A DNA stretch of 64,000 bases, from positions 30,070-94,069 of the forward strand of contig CBDCOD010000019.1 in the NCBI GenBank assembly GCA_965219665.1, written 5' to 3'. A model generated the notes under the pieces. That model did not search any database, was not told where the DNA came from, and saw nothing but the letters and a program-made list of their open reading frames with translations. The number at the start of each line of letters is the position of its first letter. Position 1 is the first letter of the stretch. This document shows positions 1 through 9,149 of the stretch, piece by piece. Source of the stretch: Gammaproteobacteria bacterium. Its GTDB lineage: Bacteria > Pseudomonadota > Gammaproteobacteria > CAKMZV01. The position numbers and the translations under genes were made by a program.

Positions 1-411
1 GGTCACAAGCTCTTCATAACGCGATAACATAAAAAATATACTGCCAAAAATATCCACATTCAAATGAACGTGCTCTTCATTTTTTACCATGCTTGGCTTG
101 CCATATAGAACGGGCACAGTCTGCTGAACCAGGTTAGCTACGATACCATCGTTGGCGGGGTTCCAATTGGTCAGGGGCATTACAGGCATAGACTCGGGCT
201 TTAGCCAATATTTTTCAGCTTTACAAAAAAAGCTGGCATCAAGTGTCAACACATCGATACTGCCGTCTGTACACGAAGGGGCCGTTATTTCAATGACGTA
301 ACCGTTATGGTACTCTACCTCGTACACTAAACCCAAAAAATCGCCTAGAATAATGTCCAATATATAGTGCTGCTCATTCAAGCATATGCTGGGTATTTTA
401 ACTATCAACAT
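1..411 (-). CDS. partial CDS: N-terminal 137 codons only; the gene continues beyond the window start. Hypothetical, possibly polysaccharide-modifying.
   Basis: Manual reverse-strand translation from the ATG at 411 reads MLIVKIPSICLNEQHYILD...NVDIFGSIFFMLSRYEELVT with no stop before position 1. Not in the ORF track because it is edge-truncated. Adjacent to a sugar-modification cluster. Confidence 0.4.
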   Translation of the reverse strand, partial: MLIVKIPSICLNEQHYILDIILGDFLGLVYEVEYHNGYVIEITAPSCTDGSIDVLTLDASFFCKAEKYWLKPESMPVMPLTNWNPANDGIVANLVQQTVPVLYGKPSMVKNEEHVHLNVDIFGSIFFMLSRYEELVT

Positions 412-457
412 AATCTGCCCATACGAACGACATTATTAAGACAGATTGACCTGCAAC

Positions 458-1183
458 CTAACTGGTCATACCACCATCAACAATAATTTGCTGCCCTGTA
501 ACCCAAAGATCAGAGGCATCATGGTAGGACTTTATAACACTGACCACTTGCTCAACCTCTCCAATACCTAAGGGATAAATTTCTTTAAAGTGCGCCACTA
601 ACTCTTCACTGTCAAAACTGCTTTTACTCAGGGGGGTGGGCACTGCCCCAGGAAGGATAGAATTAACGCTAACCTTAGGGGCCAGTTCCTTACTTAAAGC
701 ACGCATATAGCCATCTAAAGCCGCTTTAGAAGCAGAGTAAGCTCCTTTCCCTCTAAAACCTCTAATGGCACTAATACTAGAAATAAATAGAATATTAGAT
801 AGAGCGGAATGATTGACAGAGCGTTTCAGCAACGTACGAATTATTTCCACGACACAGTAAAAATTAACACGCATTAATTCATGTAAAGGTTCGGCATGAA
901 TAGATTTAGCAGGCAAGGTTTGATCCTGCCCTGCACAATGAACTAACTTACTGATCAGCGCATTATTAGATTTTAGAAAATAAGATAAAGTTTCTGCAAT
1001 GAACTGTGTATTGCTTAAATCACAGACAAAATATAGATGCTTTAGGCCTAACTCGCGCACTACCTCCTGTAATTTTGATTCGTTCCTACCGCTCAAAATC
1101 AACCAGTTATCATCTGCTAAGGCTCTTGCAGTTGCTAACCCTATACCAGAAGTGGCGCCCGTAATAAGCGTGTATGGTTGCAT
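458..1183 (-). CDS. short-chain dehydrogenase/reductase (SDR) family oxidoreductase
   Basis: N-terminal TGATSGIGLATA Rossmann motif and a YxxxK-type catalytic region (YSASKAAL). 241 aa. Confidence 0.8.
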   Translation of the reverse strand: MQPYTLITGATSGIGLATARALADDNWLILSGRNESKLQEVVRELGLKHLYFVCDLSNTQFIAETLSYFLKSNNALISKLVHCAGQDQTLPAKSIHAEPLHELMRVNFYCVVEIIRTLLKRSVNHSALSNILFISSISAIRGFRGKGAYSASKAALDGYMRALSKELAPKVSVNSILPGAVPTPLSKSSFDSEELVAHFKEIYPLGIGEVEQVVSVIKSYHDASDLWVTGQQIIVDGGMTS

Positions 1184-1398
1184 TATTTTTTTGATTGAAT
1201 CAACTGTTTAATGTCTGCAAGTGTTCGCATATTTTCCAAATCGCTGTTAAATAGTTGAACATCATAGTCTCTATCTATACAGTCTAGTAAAGATAATATA
1301 GCCAGCGAGTCCCAAGAATCAAATCCAGCCAACTGATCGGTATCGGCAACACTGTCTACTTCTAAAATATCTGCCATTTCAATATTTAATTTTTCCAT
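1183..1398 (-). CDS. acyl carrier protein
   Basis: 71 aa and acidic. DSWDSLAILSLL matches the DSL phosphopantetheine-attachment motif. Confidence 0.7.
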   Translation of the reverse strand: MEKLNIEMADILEVDSVADTDQLAGFDSWDSLAILSLLDCIDRDYDVQLFNSDLENMRTLADIKQLIQSKK

Positions 1399-2477
1399 GA
1401 TTTTTCTCCTGAGTATTCTATTACTTCACATGTTTGAAGATTCCCTAAGTCCCAAATCATCCCTCCCCAAGTTAACCCAACTCCAAAGCCTGCAAGCATT
1501 AACCTAATATTCTTTTTACCTTGCAACTCCTCCGGCAAGTTATGTGACAAATTAATTGGAATCGTCACAGAATTGGAATTGCCAAACCTTTCTACAATAT
1601 TATTAGGCACTTTACTCCTTGATACGCCTATTTTGTCTGCTAATTTTTCCAGCATAAATCTATTGGGCTGATGGAAAATATAAAAATCCACATCATCCTT
1701 AACTAGAGATGCAGTTTCTAAAATATCATTCACCATCTTAGGGACCTCTGATTGAACAAAAGCAAAAACTGATGCCCCTTCCATACTTAAATTGTCAAGA
1801 CTTCTGAAATTACCATCGCCTGTATCTTGTGCAATAGCCGTATTTTTCGTTGAGGGCATCCTAAAACCACCTGCCGGTATTTTTAGCGCCAAAGCGTCTT
1901 TCCCACGATTTTTGGTAAAAACTTGTATGGTATTAGCATCAGGATCATTCTCTATAATGGTCACCGCTCCTGCATCCCCAATAATAGGGTAACTATTGCG
2001 ATCTTGCTTATTGACCTTACGGCTCAAAGTATCTCCATTCAGTAAGGCGACACAATTAATACCCTCACTTTCTAATAACATAAATGCTTGCTGTAACCCC
2101 ACGATATATCCAGCACAACCATGGTTAATATCAAAGCATAAACAATCTTCTTTTAATCCGAGTTTCCCGTGCAAGATAGAACTGGTTGGAGGAAGAAAAT
2201 GGTCTGGTGTATGCGAGATAAAAATTAAAGCATCTACTCGTGACGCATCTAATTCACTATCTGATACAAGTTTATTAAATCCAAACTCACATAAATCTGA
2301 TGCTGTGATGCTGTCAGGGGCAATGCGATGTTCATCAAAACCCATAATTTCCTTGAGCTTTAATGATTTTTCTCTTGAAAAAGTATATTGATCCAATTCA
2401 TCTATGAATCTTGATACCTGGCTTGGAACCACCGCAACCAAATGCGTTATTTTTTTTCCACTGAATGACAGATACAT
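1386..2477 (-). CDS. 3-oxoacyl-ACP synthase III (KAS III/FabH-like)
   Basis: 363 aa. Thiolase-fold motifs: active Cys in HGCAGYIVGLQ, and C-terminal AGFGVGLTWGGMIW typical of FabH. Confidence 0.8.
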   Translation of the reverse strand: MYLSFSGKKITHLVAVVPSQVSRFIDELDQYTFSREKSLKLKEIMGFDEHRIAPDSITASDLCEFGFNKLVSDSELDASRVDALIFISHTPDHFLPPTSSILHGKLGLKEDCLCFDINHGCAGYIVGLQQAFMLLESEGINCVALLNGDTLSRKVNKQDRNSYPIIGDAGAVTIIENDPDANTIQVFTKNRGKDALALKIPAGGFRMPSTKNTAIAQDTGDGNFRSLDNLSMEGASVFAFVQSEVPKMVNDILETASLVKDDVDFYIFHQPNRFMLEKLADKIGVSRSKVPNNIVERFGNSNSVTIPINLSHNLPEELQGKKNIRLMLAGFGVGLTWGGMIWDLGNLQTCEVIEYSGEKSWKN

Positions 2478-2478
2478 T

Positions 2479-2709
2479 CTATTCCTTTATATATTTTTGT
2501 AGCATTGACTCAATGGCATCTATATTCATAAAATTCTCTGGAACAATATCCACGCCATCTATTGAGATATTAAATTCTTTATCTAAGCACGAAACTAATG
2601 AAATTAAATCAAATGAGTCCAACAATCCCTCCTCAATAAAGTTGTCATTTTTGCCAAAATCAAACTCAGGCCTAAGAGACTCTAAAATGCCTAATATCTT
2701 ATTTTTCAT
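2479..2709 (-). CDS. acyl carrier protein (second copy)
   Basis: 76 aa. GLLDSFDLISLV contains the DSxxL phosphopantetheinylation site. Confidence 0.7.
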   Translation of the reverse strand: MKNKILGILESLRPEFDFGKNDNFIEEGLLDSFDLISLVSCLDKEFNISIDGVDIVPENFMNIDAIESMLQKYIKE

Positions 2710-2747
2710 ACTATAATTTTTTTCTTAATTAATGACACACTCTAAAA

Positions 2748-3470
2748 CTACCTATCAGTCAAAACACGGTTTAATGTTTTGAAGAACGCCGTGTATACCC
2801 CTAAGGAATCTATGTTTTTTTTAAGACGTTCACGAAAAAAACCTTCCTTTAATGAGTGATAAGTATATACCACACTAGAAAACATTATATCCATTTTTTT
2901 TAATTCTCCAAAATGGCTAATTTGCACTAAATTCTCCTCGAATAATTGCTGACAATTCACAATAGATTGTGTCATGAGCCAACTAAAATTTCTCTGCTTA
3001 ATTATGAATTTTTTCTGAAAAAATACATTGCCTGTATCAACTGCTTGACCAGGTAAAATCTGGTGCAATGTAGCGCCATATTCTCGTTGATTATCACATA
3101 AGGCTGCAGCCACACATATTTCTGCAACTCCTCTATAGTCTTGCACCAGACCATTATGTATATTTATGAGCGGAGCCTTAATAGACGATAAGCACTGATC
3201 ACCAATAATGAATCGGTTATTGATAGAGAATAGAATATCTGCTTGCTTCTCACTCTGATAACGAACTAATACTTCGTCTACATCACGCCCAACAACCTCT
3301 AAAACATCTACTTCTAATTTTTTAAGAATAGGCAACGCACTATCTGCTAGTGGCACCAATACAAAACCAATCTTATAGCCACTGTTCTTTGAAAATTGTA
3401 CAGCCTTTGCCAGTAGGGAACCCGAACCAATAAATCCTAGTAAATTCCCCGTATCATGTACAGAACGCAT
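2748..3470 (-). CDS. formyltransferase-fold protein (putative N-acyl/formyl transferase for an amino sugar)
   Basis: INIHNGLVQDYRG matches the N-x-H-x-S/G-LLP-x-YRG formyl_trans_N signature. Sits between an ACP and an adenylating enzyme. Confidence 0.55.
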   Translation of the reverse strand: MRSVHDTGNLLGFIGSGSLLAKAVQFSKNSGYKIGFVLVPLADSALPILKKLEVDVLEVVGRDVDEVLVRYQSEKQADILFSINNRFIIGDQCLSSIKAPLINIHNGLVQDYRGVAEICVAAALCDNQREYGATLHQILPGQAVDTGNVFFQKKFIIKQRNFSWLMTQSIVNCQQLFEENLVQISHFGELKKMDIMFSSVVYTYHSLKEGFFRERLKKNIDSLGVYTAFFKTLNRVLTDR

Positions 3471-4972
3471 TAAATATAAAGCTCTTTTAAAGCCACTCTA
3501 TCAATTTTCCCATTATGATTAAGCGGCATTGTTTCAACCCGCTCAGATCTACTCGGGAGCATATATTTTGGCAATTGATTATGCAGTCCCAGCACAATAT
3601 CTTTGAATGCCTTATGCGCATTAGATTCATAAATCAGCACAATGTTTTTCTTTTCCGAATCATATAGAATGCACGCTTTATCAATGCCTTCCAGTGCTAA
3701 AACAGCTGCTTCAATTTCCCCAAGCTCAATACGGTAACCCATATGCTTGATTTGAAAATCCTTGCGCCCTTGGTACATCAGTTCACCCAACTCGTTATAG
3801 CACACCACATCACCTGTGCGATAAATTTGCTCAGGATAATGTGAGTTTAATGGATTTTGCGTAAAAGCCTGCTGAGTTTTCTCGGGATTGTTGTAATACC
3901 CCAGTGCCAACGAACTGCCCCTAACACAAAGCTCTCCTAAAACACCTGGCTTGGTTACTAACTGATCCTGCTCATCTAAAACAAGAATATCTGTGTTTCT
4001 ACAAGGATATCCAATTGGGAGTGCCTCCGAATGTAGATAATCGCGCTCTAAAATTATATAAGTACAATCAACAGTAATTTCTGTAGGACCATACAAATTT
4101 GAAAAAAGGGAATCCCTTAAATGTTTTTTCCAATACATATAAACTTTACTGGGCATCACCTCACCAGCAAATAAAACATGTGATAGCTTAGTAGGCTTTT
4201 TTTCAGAAAAAATATCCAATTTACAAATATTCGACATTATTGATGGAACCCAGAAAATGAATGTAACCTGCTTTTCTATAACGTATTCGATCAACTTAAC
4301 CGGAAACATGAATAATTTATCTGGTATCAAACAGAGTTTAGCTCCAGTAGCAAGCATTAAATAAATGTCTAGAACAGAATTATCGAATACAAATGGGGCC
4401 TGATTGCCTAGCACAAATTTTTCATGTACATGATAAGTTTCTGTTGCCCAATTTATGTAATCTATTACTGACCTATGTGCAACAACTACTCCCTTAGGAG
4501 AACCAGTGGACCCTGATGTGTTAATCAAATATGCTGGATCGGTGTCAATATTTCTATCAAAGTCAATCTCATCACTGCTAGAAGCATCAATATGCTCAAT
4601 ACATATCATTTTTTGACTGCTCGCATCATCCAACAAATATTGATATTTTTTTTCAGAAAAAATAAATACTGGATTAATATTATTCAGTATAGATATGATC
4701 CGAGCTTGAGGGTTAAAAGTATCTAAGGGAACATAAAATCCCCCTGCATATAACACGCCTAAAAATGCCTCTATCGCCTGTATAGATTTGGGCAAAAGCA
4801 CGGCAACAGGTTTGTTCCTTGTAAGCCCTTGTGATTTTAGGTAGCAACCGATTTGCTGCGCTTTTTGCCGTAAGGTCTTAAAGGTAACAGTACCATTTGG
4901 GTCTTCAACAGCAACTTTATCAGGAAAACGATGCGCTGTATCTTCTAAATATTCCAGTACATTTCTTTGCAT
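3470..4972 (-). CDS. AMP-dependent synthetase/ligase (adenylation enzyme, probably loads the adjacent ACP)
   Basis: 500 aa. NTSGSTGSPKGVVVAH AMP-binding P-loop and C-terminal YRTGD...GRKDFQIK motifs. Confidence 0.85.
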   Translation of the reverse strand: MQRNVLEYLEDTAHRFPDKVAVEDPNGTVTFKTLRQKAQQIGCYLKSQGLTRNKPVAVLLPKSIQAIEAFLGVLYAGGFYVPLDTFNPQARIISILNNINPVFIFSEKKYQYLLDDASSQKMICIEHIDASSSDEIDFDRNIDTDPAYLINTSGSTGSPKGVVVAHRSVIDYINWATETYHVHEKFVLGNQAPFVFDNSVLDIYLMLATGAKLCLIPDKLFMFPVKLIEYVIEKQVTFIFWVPSIMSNICKLDIFSEKKPTKLSHVLFAGEVMPSKVYMYWKKHLRDSLFSNLYGPTEITVDCTYIILERDYLHSEALPIGYPCRNTDILVLDEQDQLVTKPGVLGELCVRGSSLALGYYNNPEKTQQAFTQNPLNSHYPEQIYRTGDVVCYNELGELMYQGRKDFQIKHMGYRIELGEIEAAVLALEGIDKACILYDSEKKNIVLIYESNAHKAFKDIVLGLHNQLPKYMLPSRSERVETMPLNHNGKIDRVALKELYI

Positions 4973-4976
4973 TACT

Positions 4977-5807
4977 TTATATTTTTTTAACTATTTTTCG
5001 CAAAATAAAAAACGGCAACCACCATATTTTTTTCCACCTAAACACACGACATGCAGCGCAGTCAAGACTATCGCAAATCAGTATTTTAGGATTCTGAGAA
5101 ACTACCTGGTAGTCAATTTCATATGCTTTCCTCGCGTCTATCGATAACGTGTACGCTCCTCTCACCCAACCTATATTAAGCACTTCTTGCTTTATATATT
5201 CAGGATATAGGCGCCCGAATGTACTACTGCAACCTCCTGGATCCATCCGCGTAAACACCTTGTCTTTAACCTGAACCTTCAGAAAAAATCTATGCCAATA
5301 TTGGCGATATAACTTTAGATCTTGCTCTACCAGATGGGTTACAAAACCTGGATAGTCGGACATTCCCATCAGCAGGATTTTCCCCTTCATCGCAATCACA
5401 CGCCGTGCAAACTCATACGCTCCAGCGTTTTCATCAAGACCACTGACAATATGTTTCGCATTTGGGCCAATAGCAACAACTGAATTGGTGGGGTGTTGTG
5501 ATCGATAGGATTTTTTATCCTTTAGCATGGCATTAGCAAATGCCCCTGTATAAGCAGGTTGGGTGCCATCAAAAAACGGTAATTTACGATTTAAGACAGA
5601 AAATTTGGGCCGCGTAAAAGCCAACGCAACAAATGTTCCTCCTCCCTGAGCAAAATATTGCTTAAAAATATTCACATAGTCAGCACGTTTAAAGCCACTA
5701 ACTAAGCCAAATTTTTCTAGACTAAGATTGATTAACACCGTATCGTGAGGCTTGACATCAAGTGCAGCCAATTCAGAAAAAAAAGCATCTATATTAAAAG
5801 TATTCAA
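4977..5807 (-). CDS. AAC(3)-family N-acetyltransferase-like protein
   Basis: RSQHPTNSVVAIGP closely resembles the conserved RSxHPxxSxVAxGP block of aminoglycoside 3-N-acetyltransferases. 276 aa. Confidence 0.5.
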   Translation of the reverse strand: MNTFNIDAFFSELAALDVKPHDTVLINLSLEKFGLVSGFKRADYVNIFKQYFAQGGGTFVALAFTRPKFSVLNRKLPFFDGTQPAYTGAFANAMLKDKKSYRSQHPTNSVVAIGPNAKHIVSGLDENAGAYEFARRVIAMKGKILLMGMSDYPGFVTHLVEQDLKLYRQYWHRFFLKVQVKDKVFTRMDPGGCSSTFGRLYPEYIKQEVLNIGWVRGAYTLSIDARKAYEIDYQVVSQNPKILICDSLDCAACRVFRWKKIWWLPFFILRKIVKKI

Positions 5808-5903
5808 TGGTTGCTCCTCAAGCGGCTCACCTCACCTATCCTATTATTAATAATCAGCTATCTCTATACTAGCTAGTCTGGTATACACGCTTTATTGCTT
5901 AGT

Positions 5904-6971
5904 TTAATAGCCTAACGGTAATGAGATGGTTTTTTCATCACGCGCAGCGCGATAGGCGGCAATTAAGAGTTCAAGCGATTTTAATCCCTCTCTACCATCG
6001 GTTTCAGGCTCACATTCACCGCGTAATACTTCAATAACATTTTTGTAATATAGCGGATGGCCGAATCCGTAAACAGACGTGGTTTCATAGTTTGCCTGTA
6101 ATACCTCTTTGTCATAAGGCTGCTCATCTGCAAACTCCCAATGCTGAATATCATTAACAGCGACCCCACCTACACGCACAGTGCCTTTTTCACCCAGAAT
6201 GGTAATAGATCCCTCATAGTTTTTAGGATACGTTAGCATAGTAACATTCATTGAGCCTAAAGCACCGCTGCACCACTTAATATTAAGGACACAAGAATCC
6301 TCAGCCTCAATATCACGATCTAAGGTTGCTGCCATAGCCTGAATTTTTTCTACTGGTCCTATTAACCAATCAATTAAATCAATATAGTGACTTGCCTGAT
6401 TCATCAACGCGCCACCATCCAACTCCCAGGTTCCGCGCCAGTCAGCAGCATCGTAGTAGGCTTGAGGGCGTGTCCAAAATACATTTAAGTTCACCATAAA
6501 AATGCGCCCAAAACGCTCTTCTTCTATGGCGCGCTTTAATAACTGAAGTGTTGTATTCCTTCTGTTCTGCTTGACAACAAACAGGCGCACATTGTTCTGC
6601 TCACACGCTTTTACCATATCTACTCCATCTTGCCAGCGGGTAGCCATAGGCTTTTCACTAATGACATGCACACCTGCTGCTGCAATTTCAATCGCTTGTT
6701 CTGGATGCATCCCAGACGGAGTACAAATAGATACTACATCAAGATTTTCTGATTTAAGCATATCAGTTATAGTGGCATATCCTGTGATTTGCAGTTGTTC
6801 TGTAACAGACTGTAATGCTGCGGCATCACTGTCACAGACAGCCACCAAATCAAAATCCTTTGAGTGCGCTTCAATGGCATCAAAGTGATTCTTGGCAATA
6901 CGACCACACCCAACAATAGCAATACGAATTTTTCGATCTTTAATTATGGGATAGCGCATTAAAGCCTCCAA
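5904..6971 (-). CDS. Gfo/Idh/MocA-family NAD-dependent oxidoreductase (WbpB-like sugar dehydrogenase)
   Basis: RIAIVGCGRIAKNHF Rossmann motif at the N-terminus. 355 aa. Neighbours a nucleotide-sugar dehydrogenase. Confidence 0.8.
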   Translation of the reverse strand: MEALMRYPIIKDRKIRIAIVGCGRIAKNHFDAIEAHSKDFDLVAVCDSDAAALQSVTEQLQITGYATITDMLKSENLDVVSICTPSGMHPEQAIEIAAAGVHVISEKPMATRWQDGVDMVKACEQNNVRLFVVKQNRRNTTLQLLKRAIEEERFGRIFMVNLNVFWTRPQAYYDAADWRGTWELDGGALMNQASHYIDLIDWLIGPVEKIQAMAATLDRDIEAEDSCVLNIKWCSGALGSMNVTMLTYPKNYEGSITILGEKGTVRVGGVAVNDIQHWEFADEQPYDKEVLQANYETTSVYGFGHPLYYKNVIEVLRGECEPETDGREGLKSLELLIAAYRAARDEKTISLPLGY

Positions 6972-8227
6972 GTTGGGTTCTCAACAATATTTTTAACATC
7001 CATAATAATAGGGGCACCATGTGATATCTTTTCATAATCTGCCATCGTATATGCCTTAAACTGCCTATGCGCCACGGCAACAATAATAGCATCATATTTC
7101 TTATCTGATTGCATAGGGTCATCAATAATGCCATGCTTATACCACTTACTTTCTTCAGTCGTCTGCACCCAAGGATCATACACATCAACCTGCATACCAA
7201 ATTCTTTTAACTCTTCTATCACATCAACGACTTTCGTATTACGCATATCTGGGCAGTCTTCTTTGAAAGTAACCCCCAAAATTAAGATACTCGTAGCACT
7301 TTCGACCGCTTTTCCGGCCTTAGTCATACATTTAATTGTCTCACGGACAATATGCCTACTCATATCATTATTGATTTGCCGAGATGCCAAAATCAAGTTA
7401 GGCTTATAACCCAATTCTACTGCCTTAAATGTCAAATAATATGGATCAACCCCTATACAGTGCCCACCAACCAGACCTGGTAGCAGTTTAATAAAATTCC
7501 ATTTCGTACCTGCTGCCTCTAATACTTCATTCGTATCAATACCCATTTTCCCAAAAATGAGTGCTAGCTCATTTACTAAGGCAATATTGACATCGCGTTG
7601 AGTATTTTCAATCACTTTGGATGCCTCAGCCACTTTGATACTAGAAACCAAATGCGTCCCAGCCGTAATGATTTTTTTATACAGACTATCAACCTTTTGT
7701 GCTATTGCAGGAGTAGATCCAGAGGTTACCTTAACAATATTTTCAACCGTATATTTTTTATCACCAGGATTAACACGTTCTGGGGAATATCCACAGTGAA
7801 AATCTTGATTAAACTGCAAGCCTGATGCCTTCTCCAATTCAGGCACACATACCTCCTCTGTCACGCCAGGATAAACAGTAGATTCGTAAATCACTATATC
7901 CCCTGATTGCAACACTGAACCAACCGTTTGAGAGGACTGAATGAGCGGTGTTAAATTAGGCTTGTTCGAAGCATCTATAGGTGTAGGCACTGTTATAATA
8001 TAAATATTGCATACCTGTGCCTCTTCAATATCCGTACAATAATGTATATTGCTCTTTACCTCAGCCAGAACCGCATTCTCAATCTCCAAAGTGCGATCAT
8101 GACCATTCACTAATTCATCTACACGCTTCTGGTTTATATCAAAGCCTACTACTGGCATTTTTCGAGCGAAAGCCACTGCCAGTGGCAACCCTACATAACC
8201 TAAGCCGATCACACAAACCTTATCCAT
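6959..8227 (-). CDS. nucleotide-sugar dehydrogenase (UDP-GlcNAc/UDP-ManNAc 6-dehydrogenase, WbpA/WecC-like)
   Basis: VIGLGYVGLPLAVAF N-terminal NAD motif, the catalytic Cys region GGHCIGVDP, 422 aa. Confidence 0.8.
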   Translation of the reverse strand: MDKVCVIGLGYVGLPLAVAFARKMPVVGFDINQKRVDELVNGHDRTLEIENAVLAEVKSNIHYCTDIEEAQVCNIYIITVPTPIDASNKPNLTPLIQSSQTVGSVLQSGDIVIYESTVYPGVTEEVCVPELEKASGLQFNQDFHCGYSPERVNPGDKKYTVENIVKVTSGSTPAIAQKVDSLYKKIITAGTHLVSSIKVAEASKVIENTQRDVNIALVNELALIFGKMGIDTNEVLEAAGTKWNFIKLLPGLVGGHCIGVDPYYLTFKAVELGYKPNLILASRQINNDMSRHIVRETIKCMTKAGKAVESATSILILGVTFKEDCPDMRNTKVVDVIEELKEFGMQVDVYDPWVQTTEESKWYKHGIIDDPMQSDKKYDAIIVAVAHRQFKAYTMADYEKISHGAPIIMDVKNIVENPTWRL

Positions 8228-8294
8228 CCTGCCTCTCTATTTTATAGAGTATTGTCCTCACATTACCCAATATACTATGTATCATAGCCGCATT

Positions 8295-9140
8295 CTATAG
8301 CCCTGCAGCTATAACCGTATTCTCCATTAACTGAGCAATTGTCATGGGTCCCACTCCACCAGGGACCGGAGTAATCCATGCAGCACGCTGACATGCACTC
8401 TCAAAATCCACATCGCCATAAAATGTACCATCATCACTACGATGGATACCAACATCTACCACCACGGCGCCTTCACGAATCCAAGCGCCTTGAACCAAAT
8501 GACGTGCACCCGCTGCAACCACCAGCACCTCAGCACGTTCAACATGGGAACGCAAATCTTGCACTGTTTGTGTACAAACAGTAACCGTTGCCCCAGCATT
8601 AAGCATCTCTAATACCATTGGTCGCCCAACAATACGAGAAGCACCGATAATCAACACATCTTTGCCTTGCAAATTAATATCATAATAAGCCAACAAGTGC
8701 ATCACACCACGAGGAGTACAAGGAGACAACACAGCTTTATTTAATGCCAAACTCCCCATACTGTGTGGAACAAAGCCATCTACATCTTTGCTCACTTTAA
8801 TGCGCTCAATCACCCGATCAGAATTCATATGCGGCGGCAATGGCAATTGCACCAAAATGCCATGAACTTGCTCAGTCTCATTGAGCAAATCAATCAATTC
8901 TAACAGTTCACCTTCTGTCGTTTTTGCATTCAAATGATAGGCATGCGACTGGATGCCTATTTTTTCACAAGTGCGTTCTTTATTATTAACATAAACCCTA
9001 GAAGCGGCATCACCTCCAACTAGAATCACTGCCAGACCAGGTCTGCGCTTACCTTGATCTACCGCACGACTGATTTTTTCTTCTAAAATTTTTAATTTTT
9101 CATCACGCACCACAACGCCATCTAAAATTTTTGCACTCAT
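8295..9140 (-). CDS. folD: bifunctional methylenetetrahydrofolate dehydrogenase/cyclohydrolase
   Basis: 281 aa. ILVQLPLP and GKDVLIIGASRIVGRPM motifs are typical of FolD. Confidence 0.9.
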   Translation of the reverse strand: MSAKILDGVVVRDEKLKILEEKISRAVDQGKRRPGLAVILVGGDAASRVYVNNKERTCEKIGIQSHAYHLNAKTTEGELLELIDLLNETEQVHGILVQLPLPPHMNSDRVIERIKVSKDVDGFVPHSMGSLALNKAVLSPCTPRGVMHLLAYYDINLQGKDVLIIGASRIVGRPMVLEMLNAGATVTVCTQTVQDLRSHVERAEVLVVAAGARHLVQGAWIREGAVVVDVGIHRSDDGTFYGDVDFESACQRAAWITPVPGGVGPMTIAQLMENTVIAAGL

Positions 9141-9149
9141 ATTCCTTAG

